A DNA stretch of 64,000 nt from Eledone cirrhosa. Its lineage: Eukaryota. The notes under the pieces were generated by a model. That model saw nothing but the letters and a program-made list of their open reading frames with translations, searched no databases and had not been told where the DNA came from. Below are positions 42,812 through 56,870 of this stretch, in pieces (position 1 is the first letter of the stretch; every line of letters starts with the position of its first letter). Both the position numbers and the translations under genes were made by a program. Location of the stretch: the NCBI GenBank assembly GCA_964016885.1, contig OZ024745.1, positions 59,210,001-59,274,000 of the forward strand. The letters are read 5' to 3'.

Positions 42812-42842
<31 letters not shown>

Positions 42843-43037
42843 GTGTATGTATGTATATGTGTATATATATATGTATGTATATATATATGTATGTATATAT
42901 GTATGTATGTATATATATATATGTATGTATATATATATGTATGTATATATATATGTATGTATATATATATGTATGTATATATATATATGTATGTATATAT
43001 ATATATGTATATATATGTATGTATATATGTATGTATA

Positions 43038-43071
<34 letters not shown>

Positions 43072-43288
43072 CACATATAAATACATACACATATACATAC
43101 ATATATATATATACATACATATATATATATACATACATATATATATACATACATATATATATACATACATATATATATATACATACATATATATATACAT
43201 ACATATATACATACATACATACATATATATATACATACATATATATATACATACATATACATACATATATATATACATACATACATAC
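41746..43288. repeat. (TA/TG)n compound microsatellite switching to (TA/CA)n at ~43040
   Basis: Direct inspection. Confidence 0.95.
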
Positions 43289-43790
43289 TCTCGAGTCCCA
43301 AATAAGAGGGTGGGTTCGACATTTGCTTAAATTCTTATTAGCGGGGGGGGGGGGGGCGATTATTCAAGACCCGAGAGTACATATGTACATATATCCATAA
43401 ACATGTGTGTGCGCGTATGTGTCTGTGTCTGTGTGTGTATGTAGGTGTGTGTATATTTGTCTGTGTATATGTGTATATAACTATGCTATCATGTTCTACT
43501 TGTGGAACTATATATGGTAGTTAGATATATATTTAGAAACACCGCACTGTGGGCCTATTTACAGAACAATCTCGATACACCGCTCACCTTATTACAGCAA
43601 ACAAGACTGAAAATTATTGAATGCTTTACAGTGTATCTGAGTGTATGGCTCTTATCTAAAATATCTCTATATATTTCACTATATTTGTGTTTGATATAAT
43701 ATAATATATATATAATGTAAATTCTGTCTGAATACTTGGTTTTATTATTTATTTTATATATGTATGTATGTGTATGTATATGTATATGTA

Positions 43791-43824
<34 letters not shown>

Positions 43825-43827
<3 letters not shown>

Positions 43828-44032
43828 GAAAAAGTATGACCCCGACGGCAGAGCTCAAGCCGTTTCGACGGCTATTCCTGGACTAATTAGTCCAGAAATA
43901 GCCGTCGAAACGGCTTGAGCTCTGCCGTCGGGGTCATACTTTATCCTATTTCCCACTCTATTACCCTAAGTATTGACCACTCTGCACTCTGATGCGTTAT
44001 GGTCCATCTGGTTCCTTACCACAGTTCCTTTG

Positions 44033-44033
<1 letters not shown>
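43825..44033. mobile_element. Small fold-back element in (TA)n, same family
   Basis: Palindrome ~43825-43948 plus tail; TA tracts on both sides. Confidence 0.85.
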
Positions 44034-44073
<40 letters not shown>

Positions 44074-44217
44074 TATAGTAAGGTGTATTATTGGTTGTGT
44101 CATACGGTCCAATAAACTTTTGTTAGCAATATTATCATGGCCGCACGATCGATCTATCTCTTATTGAAACATGTGTCGTGATTAAAATGATTGGAATTTT
44201 ATACCATGCCTTCGGAT

Positions 44218-44265
<48 letters not shown>

Positions 44266-44267
<2 letters not shown>

Positions 44268-44468
44268 CTATATCAAGATGGATACAGTAAGAGACTGGTT
44301 AGACCATTACTACACAGAGTACTCGATACTTGAGTTAGTAGAGTAGGGTTATATGTAAGAGTAGGGACTCCGACGGCTGAGCTCTTGCCGTTAACAGCTA
44401 ATTCCAGACTCTGGAATCTGGAACTGGCTGTTGAAACGGCAAAAGCTCACCCGTCGGCGTCCCGACTT

Positions 44469-44473
<5 letters not shown>
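44266..44473. mobile_element. Related fold-back element (diverged subfamily; related fragment at ~26068-26118)
   Basis: GGGACTCCGACGGCTGAGCTCTTGCCG...GAAACGGCAAAAGCTCACCCGTCGGCGTCCC, flanked by (TA)n. Confidence 0.7.
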
Positions 44474-44546
<73 letters not shown>

Positions 44547-44773
44547 TACAATAGATCGTTTTCGAATAAGAAAACAGATAAAGGGGTAGGCGAAGAAGTT
44601 ATTACAGCTCAAAATACGAGATTTATTACAGTAAACTACTCAAGAGGATACATTAATTCTATTTGTATGAAATCCTTATTTTACACGCTTAAGTAAACTC
44701 ATAGAGAAAATATTACATTGAAAAGAAGTCCAAAGACTGTTAATCACATTATATATTATATTATATTTTAATT

Positions 44774-44954
44774 GATTGGCAGTATCGGTAGAGGGTCGGA
44801 CGCCATGCTTTCCAGCATAGTTACGTCCCTTTACGATCTGAGTTCAAATCCCGCCGAGGTTGACTTTGCCTTTCATCCTTACGGGGTCGATAAAATAAAG
44901 TACCAGTAATGCACTGGGTAATTGCTGGCCTTGTGCCTAAAGTAGAAACAATTA
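44774..44954 (+). mobile_element. SINE family 1
   Basis: Full-length copy. Confidence 0.85.
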
Positions 44955-45265
44955 TATTTTAATTAACGCACATTTCTTCCACGTCTTAAGCAGACATATA
45001 ATCAATTAACAGTTAATTAATTATATGAACAAAAGATTGGTTTCATCAGAATTAAGAAAAAGAATGCAAGAAAAATGTTACCTTTTCGATTCATTTTGCA
45101 TATAACCTTACCACAACTTTAATGTTTACATTTTGAAAAGGGCATTCAAACGAACAAAGTTTACTGCAACTTTGAGTTATGTCCTCGAGCAAAATAGATT
45201 ACAAATTTTCTTTTAATAAATGAGTATATAAATGTGTATATAAATTCAAAAAACAATTTATATAA

Positions 45266-45374
<109 letters not shown>

Positions 45375-45552
45375 TGTGCATGTGCGTGTGTGTGTGTGTT
45401 TGTGTGTGTTAGTTCTACAACAGATAATAAACTATTTTCGAGGAAGCGCGTTTCACCTTGTGGATTTTTAACTCGAATAAATGGGATATATACATATATA
45501 TATTTACATATATATAGATAGATATTTATTATAGGGGAAAACTACACACACG

Positions 45553-45600
<48 letters not shown>

Positions 45601-45971
45601 AAAAAGTTTTAGAATAAAAACCTATAAGTTTATAGGTCTGCACAAATGAATATATAAATACATCGCAAAATCAAATATGTTTGGTAGTATCGTACTCCCA
45701 TCACGAAAGATATTTTGTCTTTTATTTCTAAACAATTAGCTACACGTCACCCTCCTACAACAGAGGCTATACAGTAACTGAGATGTAATTGTTTTATTCG
45801 AAAATCGGTACAGTTTCGAATTTCATCGAAGGTGCTGAGCTGGGCTGGACTGGACTGCTGCAATTATGCATTTGCTCATTGCAGGACCATATCTCATCTT
45901 TGCTTAATTACGTTGAGGATCACCATTTTGTAAAGAATACACTTCAGTCTGTCGCTACTCAGAACTTATTT

Positions 45972-46148
45972 CAAACCTGCCAACCTCCAAAAACCCAAAC
46001 GGAGAGTACCATGAAAAAAAAGTGCCCCAAAACGGGGAGAAATGAGGCAAAATGGGGAGATTTTACATAATGAAATCTATACCCATTTTCACATGAGAAG
46101 ACATTTCTCACCCACCCCAAAGTGGGTGGGAGAGAGTTGACAGGTCTG
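45972..46148. mobile_element. MITE, same family, 6-bp TSD
   Basis: CAAACCTGCCAAC...GTTGACAGGTCTG, flanked by TTATTT on both sides. A third, broken copy lies at 52862-53100. Confidence 0.75.
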
Positions 46149-46539
46149 TTATTTGTAATGTAAGTTTCGAGAACGCTGGCTGGCAACAGAATAAACTCCG
46201 ATGAATCAATACTGAACCATCTTATTGTACGTCAGCATTATGTTGGGGGTCCTCAGGGGAAATATGATGAAAATTTATACCATACACCTTTAACCAGTTT
46301 GATCATTTTTTTTTATCATTTGGTAGTGAGGGAAGGGGGGGGGGGATCATTTATTTTTTTAATAATTTATTCTTGTTATTTATTTTTTATTAATTTTTTT
46401 TTCAATTTATAGGGAAATGCATATATTTGGCATGCTTACGTGTCTTTATACCAAAAATGTGTAAATTTATATACACTCCATTGTCAACCTGCTGGATAGC
46501 TTGTTTTGGTATGTGGCCCAGAATGTTTGTATGTAACAG

Positions 46540-46728
46540 TAATTGTTTCTACTTTTAGGCACAAGGCCAGCAATTACCCAGGGCATTACTGGTACTTTAT
46601 TTTATCGACCCCGTAAGGATGAAAGGCAAAGTCAACCTCGGCGGGATTTGAACTCAGATCGTAAAGGGACGTAGCTATGCTGGAAAGCATGGCGTCCAAC
46701 CCTCTACTGATACTGCCAATCCACCGCC
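46540..46728 (-). mobile_element. SINE family 1 with TSD
   Basis: TGTTTGTATGTAACAGTAAT on both sides (~46523 and ~46732). Confidence 0.88.
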
Positions 46729-47005
46729 CTTTGTTTGTATGTAACAGTAATACTCTTCTGTGTGTCATATGCACTTTGTAGAAGGTCAGCAAGTAATCAG
46801 GTCTGAAGTATTTTCTAACTGGAGAAATGTTAGCTAACTATTAATTATACGGCTACATAAAAGAGATATAGGTCAGCTCTTACCGAGCAGAACTATGATC
46901 AGAGGCATGTCAGATGTAATCCTCCTATCTTTGTTCTTCAGGCATTTAGGGCATCATTATATAATAAATTCCCAGCTTTTTAAAGACAGTAAGGTGTAAT
47001 GTATA

Positions 47006-47335
47006 GGCGGCGAATTGACAGAGTCGTTAGAACGTCAGATAGAATGCTTTATGGTATTCATTCCGGCTCTCTGCCCTCTGAGTTCAAATCCCACCGAGGT
47101 CAACTTTGCCTTTCATCCTTTCGAGGTCGATAAAAAAGTACCAGTCCAGTACTGGGTCGATTCTTCTTCTATATCTCTTTCTCATTTCCTCACTCTTATT
47201 TTCTATCTTTCTTTGGAAAAAATCTGCTGCACTCAGACCTGGAAAGGGATGGGCTCCGCCAGGCTTAAAATGCCCAAGAGACGCCATATGTCAATACGGC
47301 GCCCCTACAACTCTATCGGGAGTTATAGGACCATA
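47006..47335 (+). mobile_element. SINE family 1 variant with a 3' extension
   Basis: Colinear with 29239-29540. Confidence 0.8.
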
Positions 47336-47987
47336 CATACGTACAAGGTATGATGTGAGAGTAAATTTGGTTACTATTGTTAGCAGGCTAAGCGGCCACT
47401 CACAGCAGAATCTTTTTTAGTGCCAGGGTTAAATTGCAAGTATCTGTATAAGTGTATCTGTATGAGTGTATCTATGTCAAGAAAAATGTTGAACACTTAG
47501 TTTTATAAATTCGTAAATATGTGGCTTAGATTAAATTACTGTTTTTATCTTCTGGTTTAAATCGCTGGCGTGCAGTTTATAATTTGAATATGGGCAACAT
47601 TTCATTGTTTGACGTAGAACCTCTTTTGTTGGGGGTTAGTATTTATAGTGACTTGGTAGTTTTAGTTGCGTATTGATTATAGTTCAGTAGAGTATAACAC
47701 CAGATTGTTTCTTTGATATGTGAAGCAAGTGTGTATTGGTGCTGTTAAAGAAAACTAGGTTAGCATGATTCCATTGGTGTATGCTTTTGATATCTCTGTC
47801 CAAATCTCACACGTGCAGTATTTAGATAATGTGTGGGATGACGCCTGTAATGATCATCTGGACATTTACAAAAGAATTAATATCTTTAGTTGTGTTTGTA
47901 AATATATTGTCTGACAGTTTTTTCAAAATATAACGGCGAATTCACTTACGTAAAAGGTGGTTTTAAAAAGGGTTTTGTTTTTTTTAA

Positions 47988-48202
47988 ATTCTAACAGGGT
48001 GTGACTGCAAGGTTTTTATATTCCAACAGGGCGAGGCTGCAAGAGTTTTATATTCTAACAAGGTGAAACTGCAAGGGTTTTATATTCTAACAGGCTGAAA
48101 CTGCAAGGGTTTTATAGTCTAACAGGGCGAGGCTGCAAGGGTTTTATATTCTAACAAGGTGTGACTGCGAGGGTTTTATATTCTAACAGGGTGAAACTGC
48201 AA
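47988..48202. repeat. ~32-bp minisatellite TTCTAACAGGGTGAAACTGCAAGGGTTTTATA
   Basis: About 7 units. Confidence 0.9.
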
Positions 48203-48346
48203 ATATAGCGGCCATAATCTAATTATTAATGTTGACATTTCCTTTTCTTCAATGATAATGGCTAATCTGAAACTATTTATGAATAATTATTTTCTGTTTT
48301 TCCATCAAGATAAAAGTGCACATTGTCACCCCCATGGTTTTCTGAG

Positions 48347-48425
<79 letters not shown>

Positions 48426-48438
48426 CTCTATCTATCTA

Positions 48439-48481
<43 letters not shown>

Positions 48482-48851
48482 TTACCTCGCCCTCTTACCC
48501 CCTCATGACCCGGGTGGGTAGACAATGGCTGTAACATTCTTCTTTTCCCCACTTGCCGAACAAGATAGGGGAAACTCCAGCATACATAAGTAGATGTACT
48601 TCTTCTCACTTCCTTCCACTCCCCCTCCTCTTCCTTTTCCTTTTTCCTCTTTCGCTTACCCTGAGGCAGCCCATCGGGCTTTTGTAGCCTCAGTACCGGA
48701 AGGTTGTTTATATATTGTCAAAGCTCTTTCGTCACACATTCTGTGACTTCCTCAGTGACTGCGTTTTTATTTTGTGTCTCTCCTTTGTTCTGTCTTACAC
48801 CATCTTGTTTTTGTGTGCTGTGTATTTAGTTTGCGCATGTGTTACACCCGG

Positions 48852-48943
<92 letters not shown>

Positions 48944-49204
48944 ATTTATTCATGTGTTTATTTACTCATCACTAGCTGGCTGTTTGTTCTATCTGTGTGT
49001 GTCTGATTTGTTTTGTTAGTGTGGTTTGTGTGTGTCTTCATTTTGTCCTTAATTACTAGTTGTAATGCTGCTATTCCACTCATGTTTTCTGTTTAATTTT
49101 GGTTGGAGTTCGTTTATGTTTGTCGTCTCTTTGATTTGTCTAGCATTGTATCTTTTCTGTGTGTGGATATCATTTTTATCTCTATTTTCTCTAATGTGCC
49201 CTTA

Positions 49205-49770
49205 TGATATAGGACAGGTAAAAGAAGGCATGCACAGTAGTGGAAGTTAGCTGCCCAGCAGATGCCAATATAATATTAAAGATTAGCGAAAAGGAGAATA
49301 TCTATGCAGAACTAATGAGAAATCTGCAGATACTCCACCCTGACTATACCTTCAGATTTATGCCTGTGATTATTGGGACACAGGGATATGTTAGTAACTG
49401 CCTCAATACAAATCTTGAGAAACTGGGCTTCACAGAAACAGAAAGAACACAACTAGTTAGGAAATTACAAGTACAATCCATTAATGGAACAGTAAAAATA
49501 TGTAAAACATTCCAAAGATTCTGCACCTATAACTGCATATACACATGTACAGATACAAAACATATGCACATGCACACATATAACTCAAAACATACACATC
49601 TACATATACAATAACATCCATACCTGCACACACATGCATGCAGACATGTATACATATCTACCTAGTTGATGTTGTGCAAATTCCAATGAAAGAGTCTTGT
49701 ATCTATGTTAGAAACCGACTCTCTCTCTATTGGGAAACATTTGTGAAATTATAAAACCAGAAGAACATAC
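49205..49770 (+). pseudogene. R4/NeSL-type restriction-endonuclease non-LTR retrotransposon 3' fragment
   Basis: VEVSCPADANI..KISEKENIYAEL...MPVIIGTQG...LQVQSINGTVKI matches the RLE C-terminal pattern D..P.D.N...K..EK...Y..L. Confidence 0.7.
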
Positions 49771-50243
49771 ATGTATGCATGCATACATACAATATATAGT
49801 TCTGGGTGTATGTACGTGTGTGTGTGTGTGTGGGGGGGGGGGTATACATACATAAATGTGTACATATGTCTAAGTGTATGTGTATGCACATGAGTGTGTA
49901 TGAGCACGTGCATATTTTGCGACTATATGATACATTTCAGTGTGTGAGTGTGTCTTTTTAAGAACCACAGGACAACTCTAAGATATGTTGTTGACAGCCA
50001 TGATAATAGAATAATGTTTATATTCGGTATTGACACAATCTCTGTCACTCAAAATGTTCGTCCAATTATTTCCAGTTTTGTTTGTCAATTACCATGGAAA
50101 GCATCAATAGCACAACACCACATTTCTCTTCTAGATTTCAAAGCCTTTCATATATTATTGGTTTCACGAATTTCTTGAACATTTTTACATATTTTTGTTA
50201 AAGTAATATATACGTTTGGTACACAAGGATGCATTTGTATATG

Positions 50244-50325
<82 letters not shown>

Positions 50326-50384
50326 ACTATGTATGTATGTATGTATGTATGTATGTATGTATGTATGTATGTATGTATATATTA

Positions 50385-50978
50385 TGTCAGGTCACCAGTT
50401 GGTGCTACTGGTAACATGTATCCCAGTACAACCTGTCTAATGGTCGGGTCGTTGGTGACTAAACTGGCAACCCCACCAACGTTTCTTGGTGAGGAGGGTG
50501 ACTTTGGACAGCCTGCAGGACTAAAAACAAAACCTGTCAAAGGGCAAAGGAGCTCTTAAGAGTCAATGGCCATCCAAAATGACCGGGAGAGATGACCCCT
50601 TAGCCTTTGTCAAGGCAGAATTCTAGGAGAAGCAAAACTCTGATATAACACCTGCAACCCTGATGGTATCCAATGATGTTCTTCTTTTTGGTAAATATCA
50701 TCTTGGTTAAGAGAGTGGGACTGGCTTTGTGCAGTGCCTTTGCTCACTATAAAAGCTTCACGGCACAGGCATTGCTTTATATCTGGAGATCTCTCTGCAC
50801 TTGTCGTCACATGGTACCATGGGCCCAGCACTATGTGTCATTAATTGTCACAAGTGTACCAGAGTTTTCAAGTCGCTGGCTGGACTAAAAAGTCACACTC
50901 GTTCAGCGCATCGGTAGGGGTTCTCCTACATGGATATAAAGTAGTGGCCGTACTCGAAAACGAGTTGGCAGCCACCAT
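50385..50978 (+). mobile_element. Non-autonomous RTE-like LINE derivative (third copy)
   Basis: Same 5' and 3' ends; embedded in (TATG)n. Confidence 0.75.
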
Positions 50979-51013
50979 GTATGTATGTATGTATGTATGT
51001 ATGTATGTATGTG

Positions 51014-51295
51014 AGGAGGCACATGGCCTAGTGGTAAGGATGTTGGACTTGAGATCATAATATCATGGGTTCGATTCCTGGGTTGCGTGTTGTGACTTCA
51101 GAAAAAACACTTCATTTCACGTTGCTCCAATATACTCAGCTGAAAATGAGTACCAGCAGTAGCTGGGGGTTTAACCCTGCGATGGACTTGCGTCCTGTCC
51201 TGCAGGGTGTCTTGTACTCTCAGTCGCTTCACGCCATGAAACCAGGATAAGCACCGGCCAAACGAGTCTTCTGGCTTAAGACAGGCTTTAGACTT
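51014..51295 (+). mobile_element. tRNA-derived SINE, family 2 (minus-strand copies ~5690-5872, ~20845-20930, ~22470-22733, ~39840-39930)
   Basis: TGGCCTAGTGG A box, GGTTCGATTCC B box, then GTGTTGTG...CACTTCATTTCAC...CAGCTGAAAATGAGTACCAG. Confidence 0.8.
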
Positions 51296-53631
51296 TTAGA
51301 TGTATGTATGTACCCGTAACTTCTGACGGAGTGGTAGGGGTGCTGTAGTGGTGACATACAGCGTGTCTTGGACACTTTAAACCTGGCGAAACCTAACCCC
51401 TCTCCAGGTGTGAACAGCCGATTTCTTCTTCTTCTTCTTCTTCTTCTTCTTCTTCTTCTTCTTCTTCTTCTTCTTCTTCTTCTTCTTCTTCTTCTTCTTC
51501 TTCTCCGAGAGAGAGAGAGACCCCAATATTGGACTGGTACTTTATTTAAACATTTTGAAAGAATGGAAAAGCAAAGTTGTCCACGGTATCATTTTAACTC
51601 AGCGTGCAGAGAACCGAAAGGAATCCCACGAAACCATTCTATTCGATGCTTTAACGACTCAACCAATACACCGTCCTACACATTTCTATATATGTCTACT
51701 TTTTACTGCGTCTTATTTTACTTATCTCTACTGTTTTCTGTGTTTATATATTTATCTTCACATTTATTGAAAGTATTGCATTCTATTTTTGTGTGATTTC
51801 CTATATTTTTCTTTTGTTGCTGTCCTCAATGTTCTTGTGTGTAGGGATGTTGGCATTGGTTTCTGCCTTTAGTCTGAGTCATGGGTCCATACATGCACTT
51901 TCGAGGTTATAACTCCTAGAAAGAGAGTGTGTGTGAGTGAGTGAAAGAGAGAGAGAGGGGGGGGGGTAAGAGAGGGCGAGAAAGAAAGAAAAACGAGAGA
52001 GAGAGAGTGGGTGAGAGAGGGTGAGAAAGAAAGAAAAACGAGAGAGAGAGAGTGGGTGAGAGAGGGTGAGAAAGAAAGAAAAAAGAGAGTTTAATAATCG
52101 AATGGCCACGATTTCATACTATTTGGCTCTCCATTCCTCTTCAATGTAGTAAGAACTACACACGCTCTCTAGATCTGTACATATAGCCGTAAGCTATGTA
52201 GTGACATACAGTGTTTCTTGGCTCTTTTAAACTTGTGGAGCATATCCTCTCTCCAGATCTGAACACAGCTAACTTCTTCCAGGGAAGGATAAAGAGTGGG
52301 AGAGTGGAAGTGAGAAAACATAGTACTATACTGTTACTTTTTTCTCGACCTTTTTTTATCGCAGAGAACTTGAACGAATACCACAAATTATTCTATCCAA
52401 TGTTCTAACGACGGTGCCAATTCGCCGCCTAAATCTATCTATGTATATATATATTCTTAAGAATTCCTTCAAATGTGTGTGTTGCTATTTTTCTCATACA
52501 TTTATGCCAAAAGAAGTTATATTATAAAAAGTTCAAAATCGGTGATTCACCTTTGGTAAATGGTATTATCGTTATTCTATGAAAATGTACATTTGTTGAC
52601 AAATTTAGTGGTTTTGTAAATTAAGTACTTCTTTCAATAAGTGGTCTTTATGCAAATTATTGGTTGAAGATATTGATATGTAAATTTTATATAATTAAAT
52701 ATATCTGAATTATTATTTTACAATTTAGTACGGAGAGAATGTGTACATAGCTTTAGTGGCTCTGTCTATACAGTTACTGGCTCTCCTCTCCCAAACAATT
52801 ACTGGTTATTGTGAAACGACGCTTACAACCATAATAGCTTCGATAACTCATATCGATATATCAGACCTGTCAACCTCTAAAAACCCAAACTGGGAGTACC
52901 ATGAAAAAAAGTGTCCCAAAACGGGGAGAAATGAGGCAAAATGGGGAAATTTAACATAATTGTTTCTACGTTTTGACACAAGGCCAGCAATTATGCCAGT
53001 GTATTACTGGTACTTTATTTTATATAATGAAAGCTATACCCATTTCCACATGAGAAGACATCTCTCACCCACCCACCTTGGGTGGGAGATCTTCCCCTCG
53101 GAGAAACAACAAAAAATAAACTTCTCCTCAATAAAATTATACATACTATATGGGAAAGGAAAGGAAGGGATCCTGAATTCCTGATGGAGTCGTAAGGGCG
53201 CCCTCCTGACACACGCTGAGTTTCGGACTTTCCAAACCTGGTGGAGCCCCCCCCCCCTTCTCTCCCTCTCTCTCTCTCTCTCTCTCTCCCGGACCCATAT
53301 TGATATATAATCCTTTAAAATTTGGTCTTGTATTTACAAAGCAAATTATTCTTGTTGTTGCTGTCATTGTGTTGCTGTTGCTATTTCTATTGTTGTTGTT
53401 ATTGCTGCTGTTGCTGTTGCTATTGCTATTGTTCTTGTTGTTGTTCTTGTTGCTGCTGCTGTTGTTGTTCTTGTTGCTGCTGCTGCTGTTGCTGTTGTCC
53501 ATATCTATCTATTAGTATGTATGCACACATAGAACAAACTTGTTTATTGATGTTGTTTCACGAGTCTCATCTTCAGTTTCTGAACAATTGTTCGGTGGAT
53601 AATAGAAGCAAATGGGAAAAATAAACAAAAG

Positions 53632-53772
<141 letters not shown>

Positions 53773-53884
53773 GTGTGTGTACATCTATATATATATATAT
53801 ATATATATATACATAAACAGAGTGTCCACACTTTAACAGCAGATAACTAAATATTGCCTGTACAGGTAATGAAAGTGTGACACC

Positions 53885-53939
<55 letters not shown>

Positions 53940-53958
53940 ACACTCACAGACTCTCTCG

Positions 53959-54065
<107 letters not shown>

Positions 54066-54072
54066 TATATAT

Positions 54073-54367
54073 AAGCAGAAGGGATATTCAATTTGTTGGT
54101 AATTCAACAAATATAAATGTTTATAACTGATTCAGAGCACTCAACAGTTTTCTGGAGTATAATATACAATGATATTAAATAAATGGAAACTATCTTTATA
54201 AAACCATATTTATTCTATTATATATATTTCAAGGGTACCAAACTGTTGGTACGCTCTCATCAGATAAAATACGAAGTGTGTTTTATAAATTTTGACATAA
54301 CCAAGGAGAATATACCTTAACGGTTCATGTTACCTGTCCAAGGATAACTTGAACCGTTAAGGTATAT

Positions 54368-54368
<1 letters not shown>
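54073..54368 (-). mobile_element. HHR-bearing PLE-type fragment between (TA)n and (CT)n, with a terminal hairpin
   Basis: Colinear with the 39-kb element including the tail. Ends in ATACCTTAACGGTTCA...TGAACCGTTAAGGTAT. Confidence 0.75.
54211..54271 (-). ncRNA. Type I hammerhead ribozyme, diverged relative of the 39-kb family
   Basis: TATTTTAT CTGATGA GAGCGTACCAA-CAGT-TTGGTACCCTT GAAA TATATA TA^ATAGAATA. Confidence 0.8.
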
Positions 54369-54441
<73 letters not shown>

Positions 54442-54715
54442 CCACCTCTCTCTCCTCTTTCTTACTCCTCCTCTCTCACTCTATCACACCTATATCTCCT
54501 AGTAACACAATAACATACGTGACACAACTAACTAGATCTCCCTCTCAGGAGATTGTGTTGAATAACCAGGAGACGACTATTACAGAATGTGATTACTTCC
54601 CGATATGTTCTGAGCTTAAATTCGCCTTGAGTTTTACAAAACATGAAACCCAGCAATATACGGACTCCGACTTAGTCACCTACACCCCTTCCTTACAGGT
54701 TTGTTGTTTAATACA

Positions 54716-54902
54716 TTCTTCTTCTTCTTCTTCTTCTTCTTCTTCTTCTTCTTCTTCTTCTTCTTCTTCTTCTTCTTCTTCTCTTCCTCCTTCTTCTTCT
54801 TCTTCTTCTTCTTCTTCTTCTTCTTCTTCTTCTTCTTCTTCTTCTTCTTCTTCTTCTTCTTCTTCTTCTTCTTCTTCTTCTTCTTCTTCTCCTTCTTCAC
54901 CC

Positions 54903-54933
<31 letters not shown>

Positions 54934-55140
54934 CTTTTTCTTCTTCTTCTTCTTCTTCTTCTTCTTCTTCTTCTTCTTCTTCTTCTTCTTCTTCTTCTTC
55001 TTCTTCCTCTTATTCTTCTCCTCTTCTTCTTCTTCTTCTTCTTCTTCTTCTTCTTCTTCTTCTTCTTCTTCTTCTTCTTCTTCTTCTTCTTCTTCTTCTT
55101 CTTCTTCTTCTTCTTCTTCTTCTTCTTCTTCTTCTTCTTC
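54716..55140. repeat. (CTT)n microsatellite
   Basis: Direct inspection; others at 51423-51504 and 55495-55575. Confidence 0.97.
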
Positions 55141-55829
55141 TATACGTTGGTCACAGGCTGCTCTCATTCGCCTGATTGAGATCAGAGTGACGTAAAACTG
55201 ATGTTCTCTCACGGTTAAAAGAAATGAGAGACGCCATGATGTGTTACATTTTAACTCCAATCCTTTGCTGGACTCAGTAGTAGTAGTGTTGGTGGTAGTG
55301 GTATTGGTAGTAGTAGTGGTGGTGATGGTAACAGTAGTAGTAGTAGTATTAGTATTAGAGCCCGATTGGAGTGAGTAGAGTAGGGAGAAAGTTCTGTTTA
55401 CATGTTTACATAAGTGTCCAACTGGCTCCGAGTAGGTCTATGTTAAGGGTATACAATGGATATGGAGAGCTCGAGTCTAGCAACAGACGAGCGCTTCTTC
55501 TTCTTCTTCTTCTTCTTCTTCTTCTTCTTCTTCTTCTTCTTCTTCTTCTTCTTCTTCTTCTTCTTCTTCTTCTTCCATCCTAGCCTTTCTTTCTTTTTAT
55601 CCTGTCATTTTTTTAAAATTCTTCTTTTTTATTTTTATTTACTTTTGTTATATGTTTTCACTTTTTTACTTCTATTTTCTTTGCTATTTTTCTTTTAGCA
55701 CTGACGTGGAATCTCATTCTTCAATTTTGGGTTGCCATCTGGAGGCGGTGGATTGGCAGAGTCATTAGAACGTCAGATAAAATGCTTTGCGATATTCGTT
55801 CCGGCTCTCTAAGCTCTGAATTAAAATCC

Positions 55830-56410
55830 TGTAGAAAAAGCGGTATACTGCTCCCTATCTCGACCATTTTAGAGAAATTTATGTGGACACATCCAATCAA
55901 TCCCAGCAAATGTTTTAAAACGTTCTGAATCAAATTTACCAATAGTTAATTTGAAAAATTAATGAAATAACTTAAGAAATATTAGGTTTTCTTAATAAAG
56001 CACACAACCTCTATAAGAGAAACGCATTTTTATTTACAACAATAATTCTATAGAATCAAAAACATAATGTGAACACTGAACACAGAATATTGAACATTAT
56101 TTTTGCATAGGAGAGGATTTAGAGGATTTAGTGGTAACGATCTATAAAACAAATTGTTTCTCAGTTTCATCCTTTGTGAGAATATTATTGTAATCCTGAA
56201 TGAGTTTGACACCTCTTTCTGCAACATCATTCACAACAACTGTCCTCTCAAGATTTTCAAGTCCACTTTTGTAACCAGGATCATCCTTCCACATTGAAGG
56301 GTTTTTGTAGAGGAAATTAGTGCTGAAAGCTTTTGTACCAGGAGTTACAAAAGACGAAAACTCGATGTCTGTAAAGGAAAAGTCATTTTGGTGCTGAATG
56401 TACCTCTTCA
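55830..56410 (-). pseudogene. DNA transposase C-terminal relic (hAT-like, possibly hATm) plus 3' region
   Basis: FL...PS.W.....Y......L....VVNDVAERGVKLIQDYNNILTKDE. Superfamily assignment uncertain. Confidence 0.6.
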
Positions 56411-56482
56411 GTTGATTCTTTTCGTCTTCCTCTTCTTCACCTTTGTCTGCTTCCGGCCTAACTTGAGCAATATTTGCCGTAA

Positions 56483-56870
56483 CTCCTCCTTGCTCTCCTT
56501 TTCTCATTGCTCTCCTTGCTCTCCTTTTATCCTTGCTCTCCTTTTCTCACTGCTCTCATTGCTCTCCTTTTCTCATTGCTCTCATCGCTCTCCCTTTCTC
56601 GGTGTTCTCCTTGCCTTCATTTTATCATTGCTCTCCTTTTATCCTTGCTCTCATTCTATCCTTGCTCTCCTTTTCTCCTCGCTCTCCGTTTCCCATTGCT
56701 CTCCGTTTCCCATTGCTCTCCTTTCTCTCCTTGCTCTCCGTTTCTCCTTGCTCCCCTTTTCTCCCTGCTCTCCGTTTCTCCTTGCTCCCCTTTTCTCCTT
56801 GCTCCCCTTTTCTCCTTGCTCTCCTTTTCTCCTTGATCTCACTTTCTCCTTTGCTCTCCCTTTCTCCTTG
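56483..56870. repeat. ~18-bp minisatellite TTGCTCTCCTTTTCTCC
   Basis: Tandem units adjoining the transposase relic. Confidence 0.9.

Noticed and set aside
47480-47985. Very old PLE relic on the minus strand (FKPPF, HQYTLASHI-like)
   Set aside because: Too degraded to support without a profile search.
50385-50560. HDV-like or twister ribozyme in the RTE leader
   Set aside because: CCAGT/ACTGG and a CTAA motif are present, but P1, P3 and L3 (or the twister L4) could not be fitted by hand.
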